Source: an uncultured Oscillospiraceae bacterium (GTDB taxonomy: Bacteria; Bacillota; Clostridia; Oscillospirales; Ruminococcaceae). From it: DNA of 47,985 nucleotides. The stretch is from NCBI GenBank assembly GCA_900552845.1, contig USBC01000001.1:1-47985 (forward strand), written 5' to 3'. Shown here in pieces: positions 19,215 to 30,239 of this stretch (positions are counted from its first letter, which is position 1; each line of letters begins with the position of its first letter). The position numbers were made by a program, and so were the translations under genes. The notes beneath the pieces are model-generated. The model saw only the letters and a program-made list of their open reading frames with translations. It did no database searches and was not told the DNA's origin.

Positions 19215-20119
19215 GCTTCTTCCTCGTCCAACAGCAGAGCGCGGGCAAAGTCGGCGGCACTAAACGGTGTCAGATCGCCGATGCTTTCGCCGGTTCCTAC
19301 AAACTTGATGGGCAACCCCAGTTGATCGCGAATGGCAATTGCCACACCGCCCTTGGCAGTGCCGTCCAGCTTGGTCAAAATAATGCCGGTCACACCGCAG
19401 GCAGCAGCAAATTCCCGTGCCTGATTCAAACCGTTTTGTCCGGTGGTGGCGTCCAGCACCAACAGCGTTTCCCTGCTGCAGCCGGGCGCTTCGCGCTCCA
19501 GCACGCGGTCGATCTTTGCCAGCTCCTCCATCAGGTTCTTCTTGGTATGCAGGCGTCCCGCCGTATCGCAGATCAGCACATCGACATTTCTCGCCTTTGC
19601 AGCTGTGATACTGTCATACACCACAGCGGCAGGGTCGGCGCCCTCGGCATGCTTTATCATTTGGCAGCCCACACGGTCAGCCCACACGCCCAGCTGCTCT
19701 CCGGCAGCCGCACGGAAGGTATCCGCTGCGCCCAGCAGCACCTTTTTGCCCTGCCCCTGCAGCCAGTACGCCAGCTTGCCGATGGAAGTGGTCTTTCCCA
19801 CGCCGTTGACGCCCACTACCAGCACTACACTGGGCTTGGTCTCGGTCACCAGCGGCTCATCCGGCTCCATCAGCTCGGTTACGATCTCGCATAGGTTCTC
19901 CCGCAGCTCGGCAGAATCAATGCTCCGGTGCCTGATCCGTTCGCCCAGCTTGGAGCAGATCTTTCCCGCCGTCGTCACACCGACATCGGCAAGGATCAGA
20001 ATCTCCTCCAGCTCCTCCAGCGTGTCGGCGGTAATCTTGCCGGAGAAATTATCCAGTTCCAGGCTCAGGTTCTGTTTTGTTTTCTTTACGCTTTTGCGAA
20101 AAATATCAAAAAATCCCAT
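19211..20119 (-). CDS. ftsY: SRP receptor GTPase FtsY
   Basis: GVNGVGKTT, DTFRAAA, DTAGR, TKLDGTAKGG. Confidence 0.97.
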   Translation of the reverse strand: MGFFDIFRKSVKKTKQNLSLELDNFSGKITADTLEELEEILILADVGVTTAGKICSKLGERIRHRSIDSAELRENLCEIVTELMEPDEPLVTETKPSVVLVVGVNGVGKTTSIGKLAYWLQGQGKKVLLGAADTFRAAAGEQLGVWADRVGCQMIKHAEGADPAAVVYDSITAAKARNVDVLICDTAGRLHTKKNLMEELAKIDRVLEREAPGCSRETLLVLDATTGQNGLNQAREFAAACGVTGIILTKLDGTAKGGVAIAIRDQLGLPIKFVGTGESIGDLTPFSAADFARALLLDEEEA

Positions 20120-20128
20120 TGGTTCTCC

Positions 20129-23100
20129 TTAGCTCAGGCTCTTGCCGAATTTCTTTTCCATCTCCGTCACGTCCAGCCGCAGCAGCTTGGAGATGCCTTC
20201 CTCCTCCATGGTAACGCCGTACAGCACATCGCCCTGCTCCATGGTGCCGCGGCGATGGGTGATTGAGATAAACTGGGTATGATCGGTCATTCGGTGCAGA
20301 TAGGCGGCAAATTTACCGACATTTACATCGTCCAGCGCCGCCTCGATCTCATCAATGAGGACAAACGGTGCAGGATTGACCCGAAGAATGGCAAAATAAA
20401 TGCAGATTGCCACAAATGCCTGCTCGCCGCCGGATAGAGCAGATAGATTTTTTATGATCTTTCCGGGCGGCTGCACGATGATCTCGATGCCCGTTTCCAA
20501 AGGGTCGGTTGCATCGGTCAGGCGCAGCTCGGCGTGTCCGCCGCCGAACAGCTCGCGAAAGATCTCTCCGAAGTGCCGGTTGATGCCGGCAAACCGCTCG
20601 GTAAAGATGGCGCTCATCTGGGCGGAAAGCTCGGTGATCAGGCGGGTCAGCTCTTTCTTGGCGTTTTCGGCGTCATCTATCTGCTCTTTCATAAAGCGAT
20701 AGCGCCCGCTCACTTCCTCGTATTCCTCAATCGCCGCTACATTCACGGCGCCCAACCCGCGGATTCGTCCGCGCAGCTCGGAAAGCCGCTTCTGCGCTGC
20801 CGGAATATCCTCCAGCACGATCGCCTTTTCCGCCGCCTCGCTGCGGGTCAGCTCATATTCCTCCCACATCTTTGTGCTGATGTTGTTTTGCTGATCCTGC
20901 ATATCAGCGCTCTTTTCCTGCAGGCGGATCAGCTCGTTGGCTGCCGCCTCCCGCTTGGAAATAACATCGCTGCTTTCACGGTTCAGGGTATTTCTGCGTG
21001 CCTCCAGCCGGTCGCGCTGCTCGTCCGCCTCTTTAATATCCCGGCGCAGCGTTTCGATTTCGCTGCTTCCACTTTGGGCGCCGGCATTTATTTCCTCTAT
21101 CTCCGCCATGATGGCAGCGTTCTCGGCAATCAAGTGCTCCTGCCGCTGCCGCAGCTCGGCCAGCGCAGCCTCGCCGCCCTTCTGTTGGTTTTCCATCTGC
21201 TCTATGGCAAGACGAGCAGCCTCGCAGTCCTTTTGCCGCGTAATGTCCTCCATCTGCAAAGCCGTTACCGCTTCTGCCGCCGTGCTCAATTCCGCTGCCA
21301 ACGCTTCGTGTGCCGCAATTCCCTCGGCAGCCAGCTTTGTCAGCCGATCTACCTCCTCGGTCAGCTTAACGACCAACTCGCCGCCGGAAATCTTCTGCCG
21401 GCGAAGCTGCTCCACGCGGGCAGTCAGTTCATCATATTCGCGCAGTGCCTGCTCATTCAGACGCTCCGCTTCCTCCACATTGGCGGCAAGTCGTTTCACC
21501 AGCGTTTCGGCAGAGATCAGATCCTCTCTCGCCGTCTTTTCCTCGGCTTCTACGCCGTCCACCGTTGCTTGAATGGTATCGGTCTCCCGGCGCAGCTCGG
21601 TCAGCTGGGCTTCCAGCTCCTCCGCCTGCCCGCTGTATTTCTTTGCCTCGGCAGTCAGTGCATCGATCTCTCCCCTGCGGGAAAGAATGGAAGCGTTTTT
21701 ATTCACAGAGCCGCCGGTCAAGCTGCCGCCGGCATTCACCACCTGACCGTCCAGCGTTACCGCGCGGTAGCGGTAGCCGTACGCCTTGGCAATGGCGGTC
21801 GCCGCATCAATATCCTCGGTCACAACGGTGCGCCCCAGCAGCGAAGCGACCACCTCGCGGTAACGGTCATCGCACTGCACCAGTTCACTGGCAAGGCCCA
21901 CATAGCCGCCCCGCGCCGCCATGTCGTTCTCTTTTATCGGGTTGGAACGGATATTGGTCAGCGGCAGGAAGGTCGCCCGTCCGGCGCCTTTTTCTTTCAG
22001 GTGCATAATGGCACGCTTTGCCGCACCCTCGTCCTGCACCACAATGTTCTGGATCGCTGCGCCCAGTGCAATCTCCACGGCAGTGGCATACCGGTTCTCG
22101 GTCTTAATCAGGCTGGAGACCGGACCGATAATTCCCCGCAGGGCGCCTGCGCCCGCCTGCTTCATTACAAACTTGACGCTGTTATTAAAGCTCTCATAGT
22201 TCTTTTCCAGATCGGAAAGCACCTGTGCGCGCTGCAGCTTCTCGCCAGCCAGCTTTTCGCAGTTTCTCTGCCGGCTTTCCAGCTCGGCTTGTTTATCGCT
22301 TCGGCTTTTCAGCTTGTACAAATATCCGTTTTTACTGTTCTGCAGGCTTTGCAGGCGTTCCCGCAGCTCATCGGCAAATGTCCGGTGTCCGGTCAATTCC
22401 TCCCGCAGGCGGCTTAGGTGTTCATCTTTGTCCTTAGCCTGTCCCCGCAGCGCCTCCAGCCGGATCACGGTCTCGTCCGCCAGCGTTCCGGCAGTCTCGG
22501 CAGAAAGCTCCGCCTTGTGGATCTGTCCCTGCAGTTCCTCCTTCTGCAGCATCAGCGCGCCCTGCTCGGCGGTCAGCCGGTGCTCCTCCTGCCGCTTTTC
22601 CTCCAAAGCCTTCTGGCTCGCCTCCAGCGTCCGGCGGAGCTCCTCAGCCTCTTTTTTGCAGGTCTCATACCCGCTGCGCAGCATCGTCAGCTTTTCCTCC
22701 GTCTCACCGGCAGAAAGCTCGCTGTCCCCCAGTTCCTTTTTCAACTGGGCTATGGCGACGTCATTGTGCTCGATATTGTTCTGCATGACGGCAGTATCTA
22801 CCTTTGCCTGCGAGATCGCGTCCTCATATTCCTTGATGCGACCACGCTTATGCTCGATGTAGAGGTTCGCGTCCTGTGTCTTTTTCTGGATCTCCTCAAT
22901 CTCCCGTTCGATCTCGTCCAGCCGCTTCTGTGCGGTAGTCTTATCGTTGGCGGCAAGCAGAGTCTTATCCTCCAGCTCCGCCAGCTGCCGTCCCAGCTTT
23001 GCCAGCTGCTCCAACCACAGGCTGATCTCCAGCGACCGTTTCTCCTCAGCAAGCACCAGATACTGCTTTGCCTTTTCGCTCTGCGCCTTCAGAGGGCCTA

Positions 23101-23704
23101 CACGGTCCTCCAGTTCGCCCATGATATCGCGCAGCCGCACCAGATTATCCTCTGCCTGCTGCAGCTTTCTTTCCGCCTCGGTCTTGCGGTAGCGAAACTT
23201 GGAAATTCCCGCGGCTTCCTCAAAGATTTCCCGCCGTTGGGTGCTTTTCGCACTTACGATCTCCGCAATCTTTCCCTGCTCAATGACCGAATAGCCGTCC
23301 CGTCCCAAACCGGTATCCATAAAGGTCTCGTTGATATCCCGCAGGCGCACCGGATTATTATTGATACGATATTCGCTTTCACCGCTTCGGTACAACCGGC
23401 GGGTGATAACCACCTCATCGCTGTCAATTTCAATGCTGCGGTCGGTATTATCAATAAACAGGCTCACCCAGGCAAAGCCGGTCGGCTTACGGGAGACAGA
23501 GCCGCCGAAAATGACGTCCTCCATTTTTGCCCCGCGCAGGCTTTTTACCGACTGCTCGCCGAATACCCACTTGATTGCATCGCTGATATTACTTTTTCCG
23601 CTGCCGTTAGGACCTACTATGACGGTGATCCCGTCATCAAAGGTCAGCTTGGTGCGGTCGGGGAAGGATTTGAATCCCTGCATTTCCACCGCTTTCAGCT
23701 TCAT
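20129..23704 (-). CDS. smc: Chromosome segregation protein SMC
   Basis: GFKSF, GPNGSGKSN, coiled coils, hinge GRATFLPL, LSGGE, DEIEAALD. Confidence 0.97.
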   Translation of the reverse strand: MKLKAVEMQGFKSFPDRTKLTFDDGITVIVGPNGSGKSNISDAIKWVFGEQSVKSLRGAKMEDVIFGGSVSRKPTGFAWVSLFIDNTDRSIEIDSDEVVITRRLYRSGESEYRINNNPVRLRDINETFMDTGLGRDGYSVIEQGKIAEIVSAKSTQRREIFEEAAGISKFRYRKTEAERKLQQAEDNLVRLRDIMGELEDRVGPLKAQSEKAKQYLVLAEEKRSLEISLWLEQLAKLGRQLAELEDKTLLAANDKTTAQKRLDEIEREIEEIQKKTQDANLYIEHKRGRIKEYEDAISQAKVDTAVMQNNIEHNDVAIAQLKKELGDSELSAGETEEKLTMLRSGYETCKKEAEELRRTLEASQKALEEKRQEEHRLTAEQGALMLQKEELQGQIHKAELSAETAGTLADETVIRLEALRGQAKDKDEHLSRLREELTGHRTFADELRERLQSLQNSKNGYLYKLKSRSDKQAELESRQRNCEKLAGEKLQRAQVLSDLEKNYESFNNSVKFVMKQAGAGALRGIIGPVSSLIKTENRYATAVEIALGAAIQNIVVQDEGAAKRAIMHLKEKGAGRATFLPLTNIRSNPIKENDMAARGGYVGLASELVQCDDRYREVVASLLGRTVVTEDIDAATAIAKAYGYRYRAVTLDGQVVNAGGSLTGGSVNKNASILSRRGEIDALTAEAKKYSGQAEELEAQLTELRRETDTIQATVDGVEAEEKTAREDLISAETLVKRLAANVEEAERLNEQALREYDELTARVEQLRRQKISGGELVVKLTEEVDRLTKLAAEGIAAHEALAAELSTAAEAVTALQMEDITRQKDCEAARLAIEQMENQQKGGEAALAELRQRQEHLIAENAAIMAEIEEINAGAQSGSSEIETLRRDIKEADEQRDRLEARRNTLNRESSDVISKREAAANELIRLQEKSADMQDQQNNISTKMWEEYELTRSEAAEKAIVLEDIPAAQKRLSELRGRIRGLGAVNVAAIEEYEEVSGRYRFMKEQIDDAENAKKELTRLITELSAQMSAIFTERFAGINRHFGEIFRELFGGGHAELRLTDATDPLETGIEIIVQPPGKIIKNLSALSGGEQAFVAICIYFAILRVNPAPFVLIDEIEAALDDVNVGKFAAYLHRMTDHTQFISITHRRGTMEQGDVLYGVTMEEEGISKLLRLDVTEMEKKFGKSLS

Positions 23705-23897
23705 GGCATCTCCTCCTGATTTTCTCTGTTATCGAAAAGATCGCATACTGACTCACTATAGGGTAATATTATACTCCTTTTTTGTCCGCTTCACAAGAAA
23801 ATCTTTTTTCCCTTATTTGTCGCTGCTGGTTCACAAACAAAAGCAGCCGATACTCCGCGATCTTTTCATCGGAATACCGGCTGTTTTTCTTTTTTCC

Positions 23898-24575
23898 TCA
23901 GCCCTCGCCCATCAGCTTCAGCGCCTCATGTGCGGCTGCCTGCTCTGCGCCTTTTTTGCTGCGGCTCACTCCCCTGCCGATGACATTACTGTTGAGGTGT
24001 ACCTCCACCACAAACTTCTTATCATGGTCGGGGCCCATAGCCGAAACCAACACATACTCCACCCGTTCCTCCGGGTTTTTCTGTATGATCTCCTGCAGAC
24101 GGGTCTTGTAATCCACAAAGGGCGCTGCCTCATGGGTCAGGTCGTTCTCCACAAAAGGCAGCACAAACCGCTGCGCTGCATCTATCCCGCCATCAAGGTA
24201 GATGGCGGCAATCAACGCTTCAAAGGCATCGCTGACGACCGATGGGCGCTCTCGTCCGCCGGTCTGCTCCTCCCCATGTCCCAGCAGCAGCTCCTCACCC
24301 AGCCTTATTCTCTGTGCAAACTCAAAAAGGCTCTTTTCGCACACCAAACTTGCGCGAATCTTGGTCAGATCTCCCTCTGCCAAATGGAACTTATGGAAGA
24401 TGTGATCCGCCACAATGACGGAAAGCACCGCATCTCCGAGAAACTCCATACGTTCATTGCATTCCATTTTCTGCCGGCTTTCATTTGCATAGGAGGAGTG
24501 GGTCAGGGCACGCTCCAAAAGCCCTTTGTTATTAAAGTGGTAGCCGATCCTCACCTGCAAAGCTTCCATGGACAT
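23898..24575 (-). CDS. rnc: Ribonuclease III
   Basis: ALTHSS, NERMEFLGDAVL, C-terminal dsRBD. Confidence 0.97.
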   Translation of the reverse strand: MSMEALQVRIGYHFNNKGLLERALTHSSYANESRQKMECNERMEFLGDAVLSVIVADHIFHKFHLAEGDLTKIRASLVCEKSLFEFAQRIRLGEELLLGHGEEQTGGRERPSVVSDAFEALIAAIYLDGGIDAAQRFVLPFVENDLTHEAAPFVDYKTRLQEIIQKNPEERVEYVLVSAMGPDHDKKFVVEVHLNSNVIGRGVSRSKKGAEQAAAHEALKLMGEG

Positions 24576-24609
24576 AACAGCGCCTCCTTTTTTATTTTTC
24601 GGTCAAAGC

Positions 24610-25614
24610 TTATTCCGTCTCGATGGTCTCAGCGGCAAGCTGGTTTTCCATCTCGCTGATGATTCTGTTCTCACAGCAGCTGATCGCCTGCCGCACGGCA
24701 TTGCAGAAGGCCTTGGCATCACTGCTGCCATGTGCCTTGATGACCGGCTTTCTGGTACCCAGCAGCAAGGCGCCGCCGTATTCGGCGGAATCAAACTTCC
24801 GCTTAAATTCACCCAGATCCTTCTTCACCACAGCAGCCGCCAGCTTGTTGGGGAGCGACTTCATAAAGATACTCTTGATCTCGCTCATAAACAGCTTTGC
24901 CAGCCCCTCGGTGGTTTTCAGAATGACATTGCCGGTAAAGCCATCGCAGACCGCCACATCGCAGCCGCCCAGCGGCACCTCGCGCGCCTCCACATTGCCG
25001 ATAAAGTTATAGCCTGCTTCTTTCATCAAGCCGTAGGCTTCCACCTGCAGCTCGGTGCCCTTGGTCTCCTCCACTCCGATATTTACCAGTCCCACGCGGG
25101 GGTTCGGCATACCCAGAATCCGTTTCATATACACCGAGCCCATCAGCCCGAACTGCCGCAGCATCTCAGGGCGGCAGTCGTGGTTTGCGCCGGAATCTAG
25201 CAGCATAAAGCAGCCGCCCCTGCAGGGCACTACGGTGCCGATGGCAGGGCGCTTCACTCCCTTGATACGCTTGACGATGAGCGTTCCCCCCACCACCAAG
25301 GCGCCGGTGCTGCCTGCGGAAACAAAAGCCTCTCCCTCTCCGTTTGCCAGCATCTGCAAACCGCGCGCCATGCTGCTGTCCTTGTGCTGCTTCATAATGG
25401 CGGTCGGCTCTGCTTCCATCGGAAAGACGTCAGGAGCATCGGCGATTGTCATATCCTCCAGAGAAACGCCCAGCTCTGCCGCCCTTGCACGCAGCTTTTC
25501 GCCGTTGCCGGTCAGCACGATCTCGCACTTCCAACGGTCTGCTGCCATACGGCAGCCCTGCAGTACCGCGTCCGGCGCATTATCGCCGCCGTATGCATCT
25601 ACGATCACTCTCAT
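24610..25614 (-). CDS. plsX: Phosphate acyltransferase PlsX
   Basis: VDAYGGDNAP, SAGSTGA, CDGFTGN, IKAHGSS. Confidence 0.97.
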   Translation of the reverse strand: MRVIVDAYGGDNAPDAVLQGCRMAADRWKCEIVLTGNGEKLRARAAELGVSLEDMTIADAPDVFPMEAEPTAIMKQHKDSSMARGLQMLANGEGEAFVSAGSTGALVVGGTLIVKRIKGVKRPAIGTVVPCRGGCFMLLDSGANHDCRPEMLRQFGLMGSVYMKRILGMPNPRVGLVNIGVEETKGTELQVEAYGLMKEAGYNFIGNVEAREVPLGGCDVAVCDGFTGNVILKTTEGLAKLFMSEIKSIFMKSLPNKLAAAVVKKDLGEFKRKFDSAEYGGALLLGTRKPVIKAHGSSDAKAFCNAVRQAISCCENRIISEMENQLAAETIETE

Positions 25615-26927
25615 CGTTCTTCCCTCGCTTTCAGATAACTGTTCATGGCATCCACCGCACGGTCCGCCATGGCTTGATAGCGTTCCTGCTTGCCCTTTAC
25701 CGGCTCCGTCAGCGGCGGCAGGATCCCCATATTGCTCCCCATCGGCTGAAAATCCTCCACGCTCTCATCGCTGATATACCGGCACAGTGCGCCCATCATC
25801 GTTTCGGGCGGGGGTAGCAGCAGTTTTCTGCCCTGCAGCCGGTCGGCAACGGCATGCGCCGCCAGAATGCCGCTTGCGGCGGATTCAATATACCCTTCTA
25901 CACCGGTCATTTGTCCGGCGAAGCTCACTGTTGGTTCCTTTTTCAACCTGAACCAGCCGTCCAGCAGACGGGGGGAATCCAAAAATGTATTGCGGTGCAT
26001 TACGCCGTAGCGCACAAACTCTGCGTTTTCCAGCCCCGGAATCATCGAAAAGACCCGCTTCTGCTCCGGAAAGAGCAGGTTGGTCTGAAAACCCACAATA
26101 TTATACACGGTGCCGGCGGCATTTTCCCGCCGCAGCTGAATATTTGCCCACGGACGGTGTCCGGTGCGGGGATCTCTCAACCCCACCGGACGCAGCGGAC
26201 CGTACCGCATGGTATCTAACCCGCGCTTTGCCAGCACCTCTATGGGCATACAGCCCTCGTACACCTTAAAGTATTCCTTCTCAAATTCATGCAGCTCCAC
26301 GCTTTTGGCATTCACCAGCGCCTCGTGGAACGCTTCATACTCCTCTTTGTTAAAGGAGCAGTTGATGTAGTCCGCCTCGCCGCGGTCGTAGCGGGTCGCA
26401 AAATACACCCGCTCCATATCAATGGATTCCTTAGTGACAATGGGAGCGGAGGCATCATAGAAGCTCAGGTATTTTTCTCCGCACAGCCGCCCGATGGTCT
26501 CGGAAAGTGCCTCGCTGGTCAGGGGGCCCGTCGCTACGATCACATCTCCCTGCGGCAGCTCAGTCACCTCGCCGGTCACTACCGTTACATTCGGCAGCGC
26601 CCGTATCGCCTTTGTCATCGCATCGCTGAACGCCGTGCGGTCTACCGCCAGTGCGCCGCCGGCGCTCACCGCTGTTTCTTCGGCACAGCGCACCACCAGC
26701 GAATTCATCGCCTTCATCTCGGCTTTCAGCAGCCCCGCAGCGGAATTGAGCCGCATCGCCTTTAAGGAATTGGAGCACACCAGCTCGGCAAAGCCTTCGT
26801 AATGGTGTGCCGGCGAATATTTCTCCGGCTTCATCTCGTACAGCGTCACCGCAATTCCCCGGTTTGCCAGCGCCCATACAGCTTCACAGCCTGCCAGTCC
26901 GGCGCCTATCACAGATACCTTGTTCAT
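25611..26927 (-). CDS. trmFO: FADH2-dependent tRNA m5U54 methyltransferase
   Basis: GAGLAGCEA, AELVCSNS, RYGVMHRN, AGQMTGVEGY. Confidence 0.97.
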   Translation of the reverse strand: MNKVSVIGAGLAGCEAVWALANRGIAVTLYEMKPEKYSPAHHYEGFAELVCSNSLKAMRLNSAAGLLKAEMKAMNSLVVRCAEETAVSAGGALAVDRTAFSDAMTKAIRALPNVTVVTGEVTELPQGDVIVATGPLTSEALSETIGRLCGEKYLSFYDASAPIVTKESIDMERVYFATRYDRGEADYINCSFNKEEYEAFHEALVNAKSVELHEFEKEYFKVYEGCMPIEVLAKRGLDTMRYGPLRPVGLRDPRTGHRPWANIQLRRENAAGTVYNIVGFQTNLLFPEQKRVFSMIPGLENAEFVRYGVMHRNTFLDSPRLLDGWFRLKKEPTVSFAGQMTGVEGYIESAASGILAAHAVADRLQGRKLLLPPPETMMGALCRYISDESVEDFQPMGSNMGILPPLTEPVKGKQERYQAMADRAVDAMNSYLKAREER

Positions 26928-29008
26928 TTCTTTGCACTCGCCTCGTAGCCACAGCCCTCTTTCAGGCAGTGGATCATCTTCACCCGTCCGGTCGTCTTAA
27001 AAAGGCTGCTGCCGCAGCGGGGGCATTTTTCCGCCAATGGAATATCCCATGTCATAAAGCCGCACTTGGGATTATCCTCACAGCCGTAGTAGGTGCGTCC
27101 CGTCTTGGATTTCTTCGCCAGCACCTTTTTGCCGCAGCGGGGACAAGCGCCGGGGGTCTCCTGCTGCAGGGTCTTGGTGTTCTTGCATTCCGGAAAGCCC
27201 GGGCAGGCAAGGAACTTGCCGTACTTGCCGTGACGCACCACCATCTTGCGCCCGCACAGCTCGCACACAATGTCGGTCTCCTCATCGGGGATCTTCATTT
27301 TGGTGCCCTCCATGTTCTTCTCGGCGCTTTGCAGCATATCGGTAAAGTCATCATAGAAGTGGTGCATCATGCCCACCCATTCGGTTTTTCCCTCCTCTAC
27401 CTCGTCCAGCTCACGTTCCATCTCGGCGGTAAATTTCACATCTACTATCTTGCCAAACTGCTCCTTCATCAGGCGGGTCACCGTTTCCCCTACAATGGTG
27501 GGCTTTAGCGCCTTACCGTCCCGCTCCACATAACCGCGCTGCAGTATGGTGGAAAGAGTAGGCGCGTAGGTGCTGGGGCGTCCTATCCCGTTTTCCTCCA
27601 ATTCGCGGATCAGCGTTGCCTCGGTATAGCGGGGGGGCGGCTGGGTAAAGTGCTGCCCCGGCTTCAGTTCCTTTAGGGACAGGGCTTCCCCCTCCTCTAA
27701 AGGCGGCAGACCGGTGCCCTGTTCCTCCTCATTGTCCATCGCCTCGGTATAAAGGCGGGTATAGCCGTCAAACCGCACCGAAAAGCCGGAGGCCTTGAAA
27801 AGGTGTTCGCCGGCGGCAATATCGGTCGAAACGGTATCCTGCAGGCAGGCTGCCATCTGGCTGGCGATAAAGCGCTCCCATATCAGCTTATAAAGCTTAT
27901 ACTGGTCGGAGGTCAGACTGTCCTTGAGCTTCATCGGAGACAAATCGATCATGGTCGGACGGATCGCCTCGTGACCGTCCTGCGCATTGGATTTGGAGCG
28001 GAAGGTACGGGGCTTTGGCAGCGCATAGCTGTCGCCGTAGGTGCGCTTGATGTAATCATGTGCAGCAGAAAGCGCCTCATCGGAAATGCGCAGCGAGTCG
28101 GTTCTCATATAGGTGATTAAACCTACTGCCCCCATATCCGGCAAATTGATGCCCTCATAAAGCTCCTGCGCCACCTTCATGGTGCGCTTTGCCTGAAAGC
28201 CAAATCGACGGGAGGCGTCCTGCTGCAGGGTAGAGGTAATAAAGGGCGGCGCAGGGTTTTTCTGGCGCGTGCCCGTTTTGATGCTTTTGATAATGAACGG
28301 TTCTTTTTCGGCGGAGGTCTTCAGGGCGTTTGCCTGCTCTGCGGTAGAGATCTCGCACTTTTTTCCGCCGGTACCGTAGTATTTTGCCGTAAAAGGCTTC
28401 GCACTTACGCCCTGCTTCGCCAGCAGCGCCTCCAGTGTCCAGTATTCCTCGGGCTGAAAGGCTCGGATCTCGTCCTCGCGGTCAGCAATCAACCGTACCG
28501 CCACCGACTGCACCCGACCGGCAGAAAGCCCCTTGCGGATCTTTTTCCACAGAAAGGGGCTGATCTCATAACCTACAATGCGGTCCAGCACACGGCGCGC
28601 CTGCTGCGCATCTACCAACTGCTGGTCAATGCAGCGGGGGTGTTCCATGCCGTATTTGATGCCGGACTTGGTGATCTCATTAAAGGTCACACGGTTCGGC
28701 TGCTTTTCGTCCAGCTTCAAAAGCTGCGCCAAATGCCAACTGATCGCCTCGCCCTCACGGTCAGGGTCGGTCGCCAGATATACATAATCACTTTTTTTTG
28801 CCTCGGAGCAGAGCTTTTTGATCAGCTCGCCCTTGCCCTTGATGTTCTCATAGTTCGGGGCAAAATCATTTTTTACATCAACGCTCAAACGGGACGCCGG
28901 CAGGTCGCGCACATGTCCCATTGAAGCCATCACTTCATAGTCGGGGCCCAGATATTTCTGAATGGTGTGCGCCTTGGCGGGGGATTCTACGATCACTAAT
29001 TTGGACAA
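26924..29008 (-). CDS. topA: DNA topoisomerase I
   Basis: LVIVESPAKA, ATDPDREGE, SAGRVQS, ITYMRTDS, C-terminal zinc ribbons. Confidence 0.97.
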   Translation of the reverse strand: MSKLVIVESPAKAHTIQKYLGPDYEVMASMGHVRDLPASRLSVDVKNDFAPNYENIKGKGELIKKLCSEAKKSDYVYLATDPDREGEAISWHLAQLLKLDEKQPNRVTFNEITKSGIKYGMEHPRCIDQQLVDAQQARRVLDRIVGYEISPFLWKKIRKGLSAGRVQSVAVRLIADREDEIRAFQPEEYWTLEALLAKQGVSAKPFTAKYYGTGGKKCEISTAEQANALKTSAEKEPFIIKSIKTGTRQKNPAPPFITSTLQQDASRRFGFQAKRTMKVAQELYEGINLPDMGAVGLITYMRTDSLRISDEALSAAHDYIKRTYGDSYALPKPRTFRSKSNAQDGHEAIRPTMIDLSPMKLKDSLTSDQYKLYKLIWERFIASQMAACLQDTVSTDIAAGEHLFKASGFSVRFDGYTRLYTEAMDNEEEQGTGLPPLEEGEALSLKELKPGQHFTQPPPRYTEATLIRELEENGIGRPSTYAPTLSTILQRGYVERDGKALKPTIVGETVTRLMKEQFGKIVDVKFTAEMERELDEVEEGKTEWVGMMHHFYDDFTDMLQSAEKNMEGTKMKIPDEETDIVCELCGRKMVVRHGKYGKFLACPGFPECKNTKTLQQETPGACPRCGKKVLAKKSKTGRTYYGCEDNPKCGFMTWDIPLAEKCPRCGSSLFKTTGRVKMIHCLKEGCGYEASAKK

Positions 29009-29054
29009 ATCTTATCACCTGTATATTCTTAAAATTTCGTTTTCTCTCAGTGGT

Positions 29055-30239
29055 TCACCGGCTGAAGCGGTGTCCCGCATGGATTTTGATGATACCAAAG
29101 ATCTCAAGCTGAGTCAAGACCGAAAGCGTCTCCGGCACCGAAAGTCCCGTAGCAGCTACCACATCATCGGCAGACATCGGCTCACTGCTCAGGGCGTTCA
29201 GCACCGTGCGCTGACTCGTATTCAGCGTCTCCAGTATATCGTCCTCCCGCTGTCTGGGCACCGCTATTGCCGGTTTTTTGCGGCTCGGGGCAGACATTTT
29301 TCCGCATAACGAAAGCTGCTCTGCCACCGGTTCTCCGGTCGGAGCGGCGGCGTGGTACCTCAGCAGGTCATACTCCTCCAGAATGTCCTCGGCATCTCGC
29401 ACCATTACGGCGCCCTCTCGAATCAGCCAGTTGGGAGCGGCGCTCATACGGCTATCCACATTGCCGGGCACGGCAAAGACATCTCTGCCCTCGGTCATCG
29501 CAAAGCCGGCAGTGATCAGCGATCCGCTGCGCCGTTCTCCCTCCATCACCAGCGTTCCGTGGCTCAGTCCCGCTATGATACGGTTACGAATGGGAAAATG
29601 GTAGGCATTCGGCTCCGCATGGGGTGGAAATTCCGTTACCACGGCGCCGCCACTCTGCAGGATTCTCTTCTTCAGTTCACGGTTTGCCGCAGGATAGGTC
29701 ACATCAATGCCGCAGCCCTGCACTGCTATGGTGCGTCCGCCCGCCTCTACCGTGGCATCGTGGCAGCAGGAATCAATGCCGGCAGCCAGACCACTTACTG
29801 TCACTACGCCTTGCCGTGCCAGCCCCGCCGAGATGCTGCGTACCGTCCGGCTGCCGTATTCGGTGCAACGGCGGGTCCCCACTACTGCAATACACAATAT
29901 GTCATTCAGGTCTTCCCAATGACCAGCGACATACAATACCGCCGGCGGACTGTAAATGTTCCGAAGCCGCTCAGGGTACAAATCGTCCTCCGGCGTTAGG
30001 ATCCGAACCCCGTTCTTTTCACAGAATTCCAGTATCTCGCTAGGGTCGAAGCGTCTCGCTTCATTCACCCGCCGCAGCTCCTCTGCATTCACGCCCTGCT
30101 GCCGCAGCAGCCGCTCCTCTGTGCTGAATAGACAGGTGGGCGAGTGCCACTTTTCCAGTGCCTTGGCAGCCTTCACTGTTCCAAAGCCATATGCCATTTG
30201 AAACCGCATCCAGTCTGTGACCGCCATCTCGCTCCCCAC
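29055..30239 (-). CDS. dprA: DNA-processing protein DprA
   Basis: AVVGTR, VSGLAAGID, FPIRNRIIAGLS, SGSLITA, C-terminal winged helix. Start may be ATG 30227. Confidence 0.95.
   Translation of the reverse strand: MGSEMAVTDWMRFQMAYGFGTVKAAKALEKWHSPTCLFSTEERLLRQQGVNAEELRRVNEARRFDPSEILEFCEKNGVRILTPEDDLYPERLRNIYSPPAVLYVAGHWEDLNDILCIAVVGTRRCTEYGSRTVRSISAGLARQGVVTVSGLAAGIDSCCHDATVEAGGRTIAVQGCGIDVTYPAANRELKKRILQSGGAVVTEFPPHAEPNAYHFPIRNRIIAGLSHGTLVMEGERRSGSLITAGFAMTEGRDVFAVPGNVDSRMSAAPNWLIREGAVMVRDAEDILEEYDLLRYHAAAPTGEPVAEQLSLCGKMSAPSRKKPAIAVPRQREDDILETLNTSQRTVLNALSSEPMSADDVVAATGLSVPETLSVLTQLEIFGIIKIHAGHRFSR

Noticed and set aside
19211..20119. FtsY without an acidic N-terminal domain and without adjacent ylxM/ffh
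   Set aside because: Short FtsY is normal in Firmicutes and this gene order is variable.
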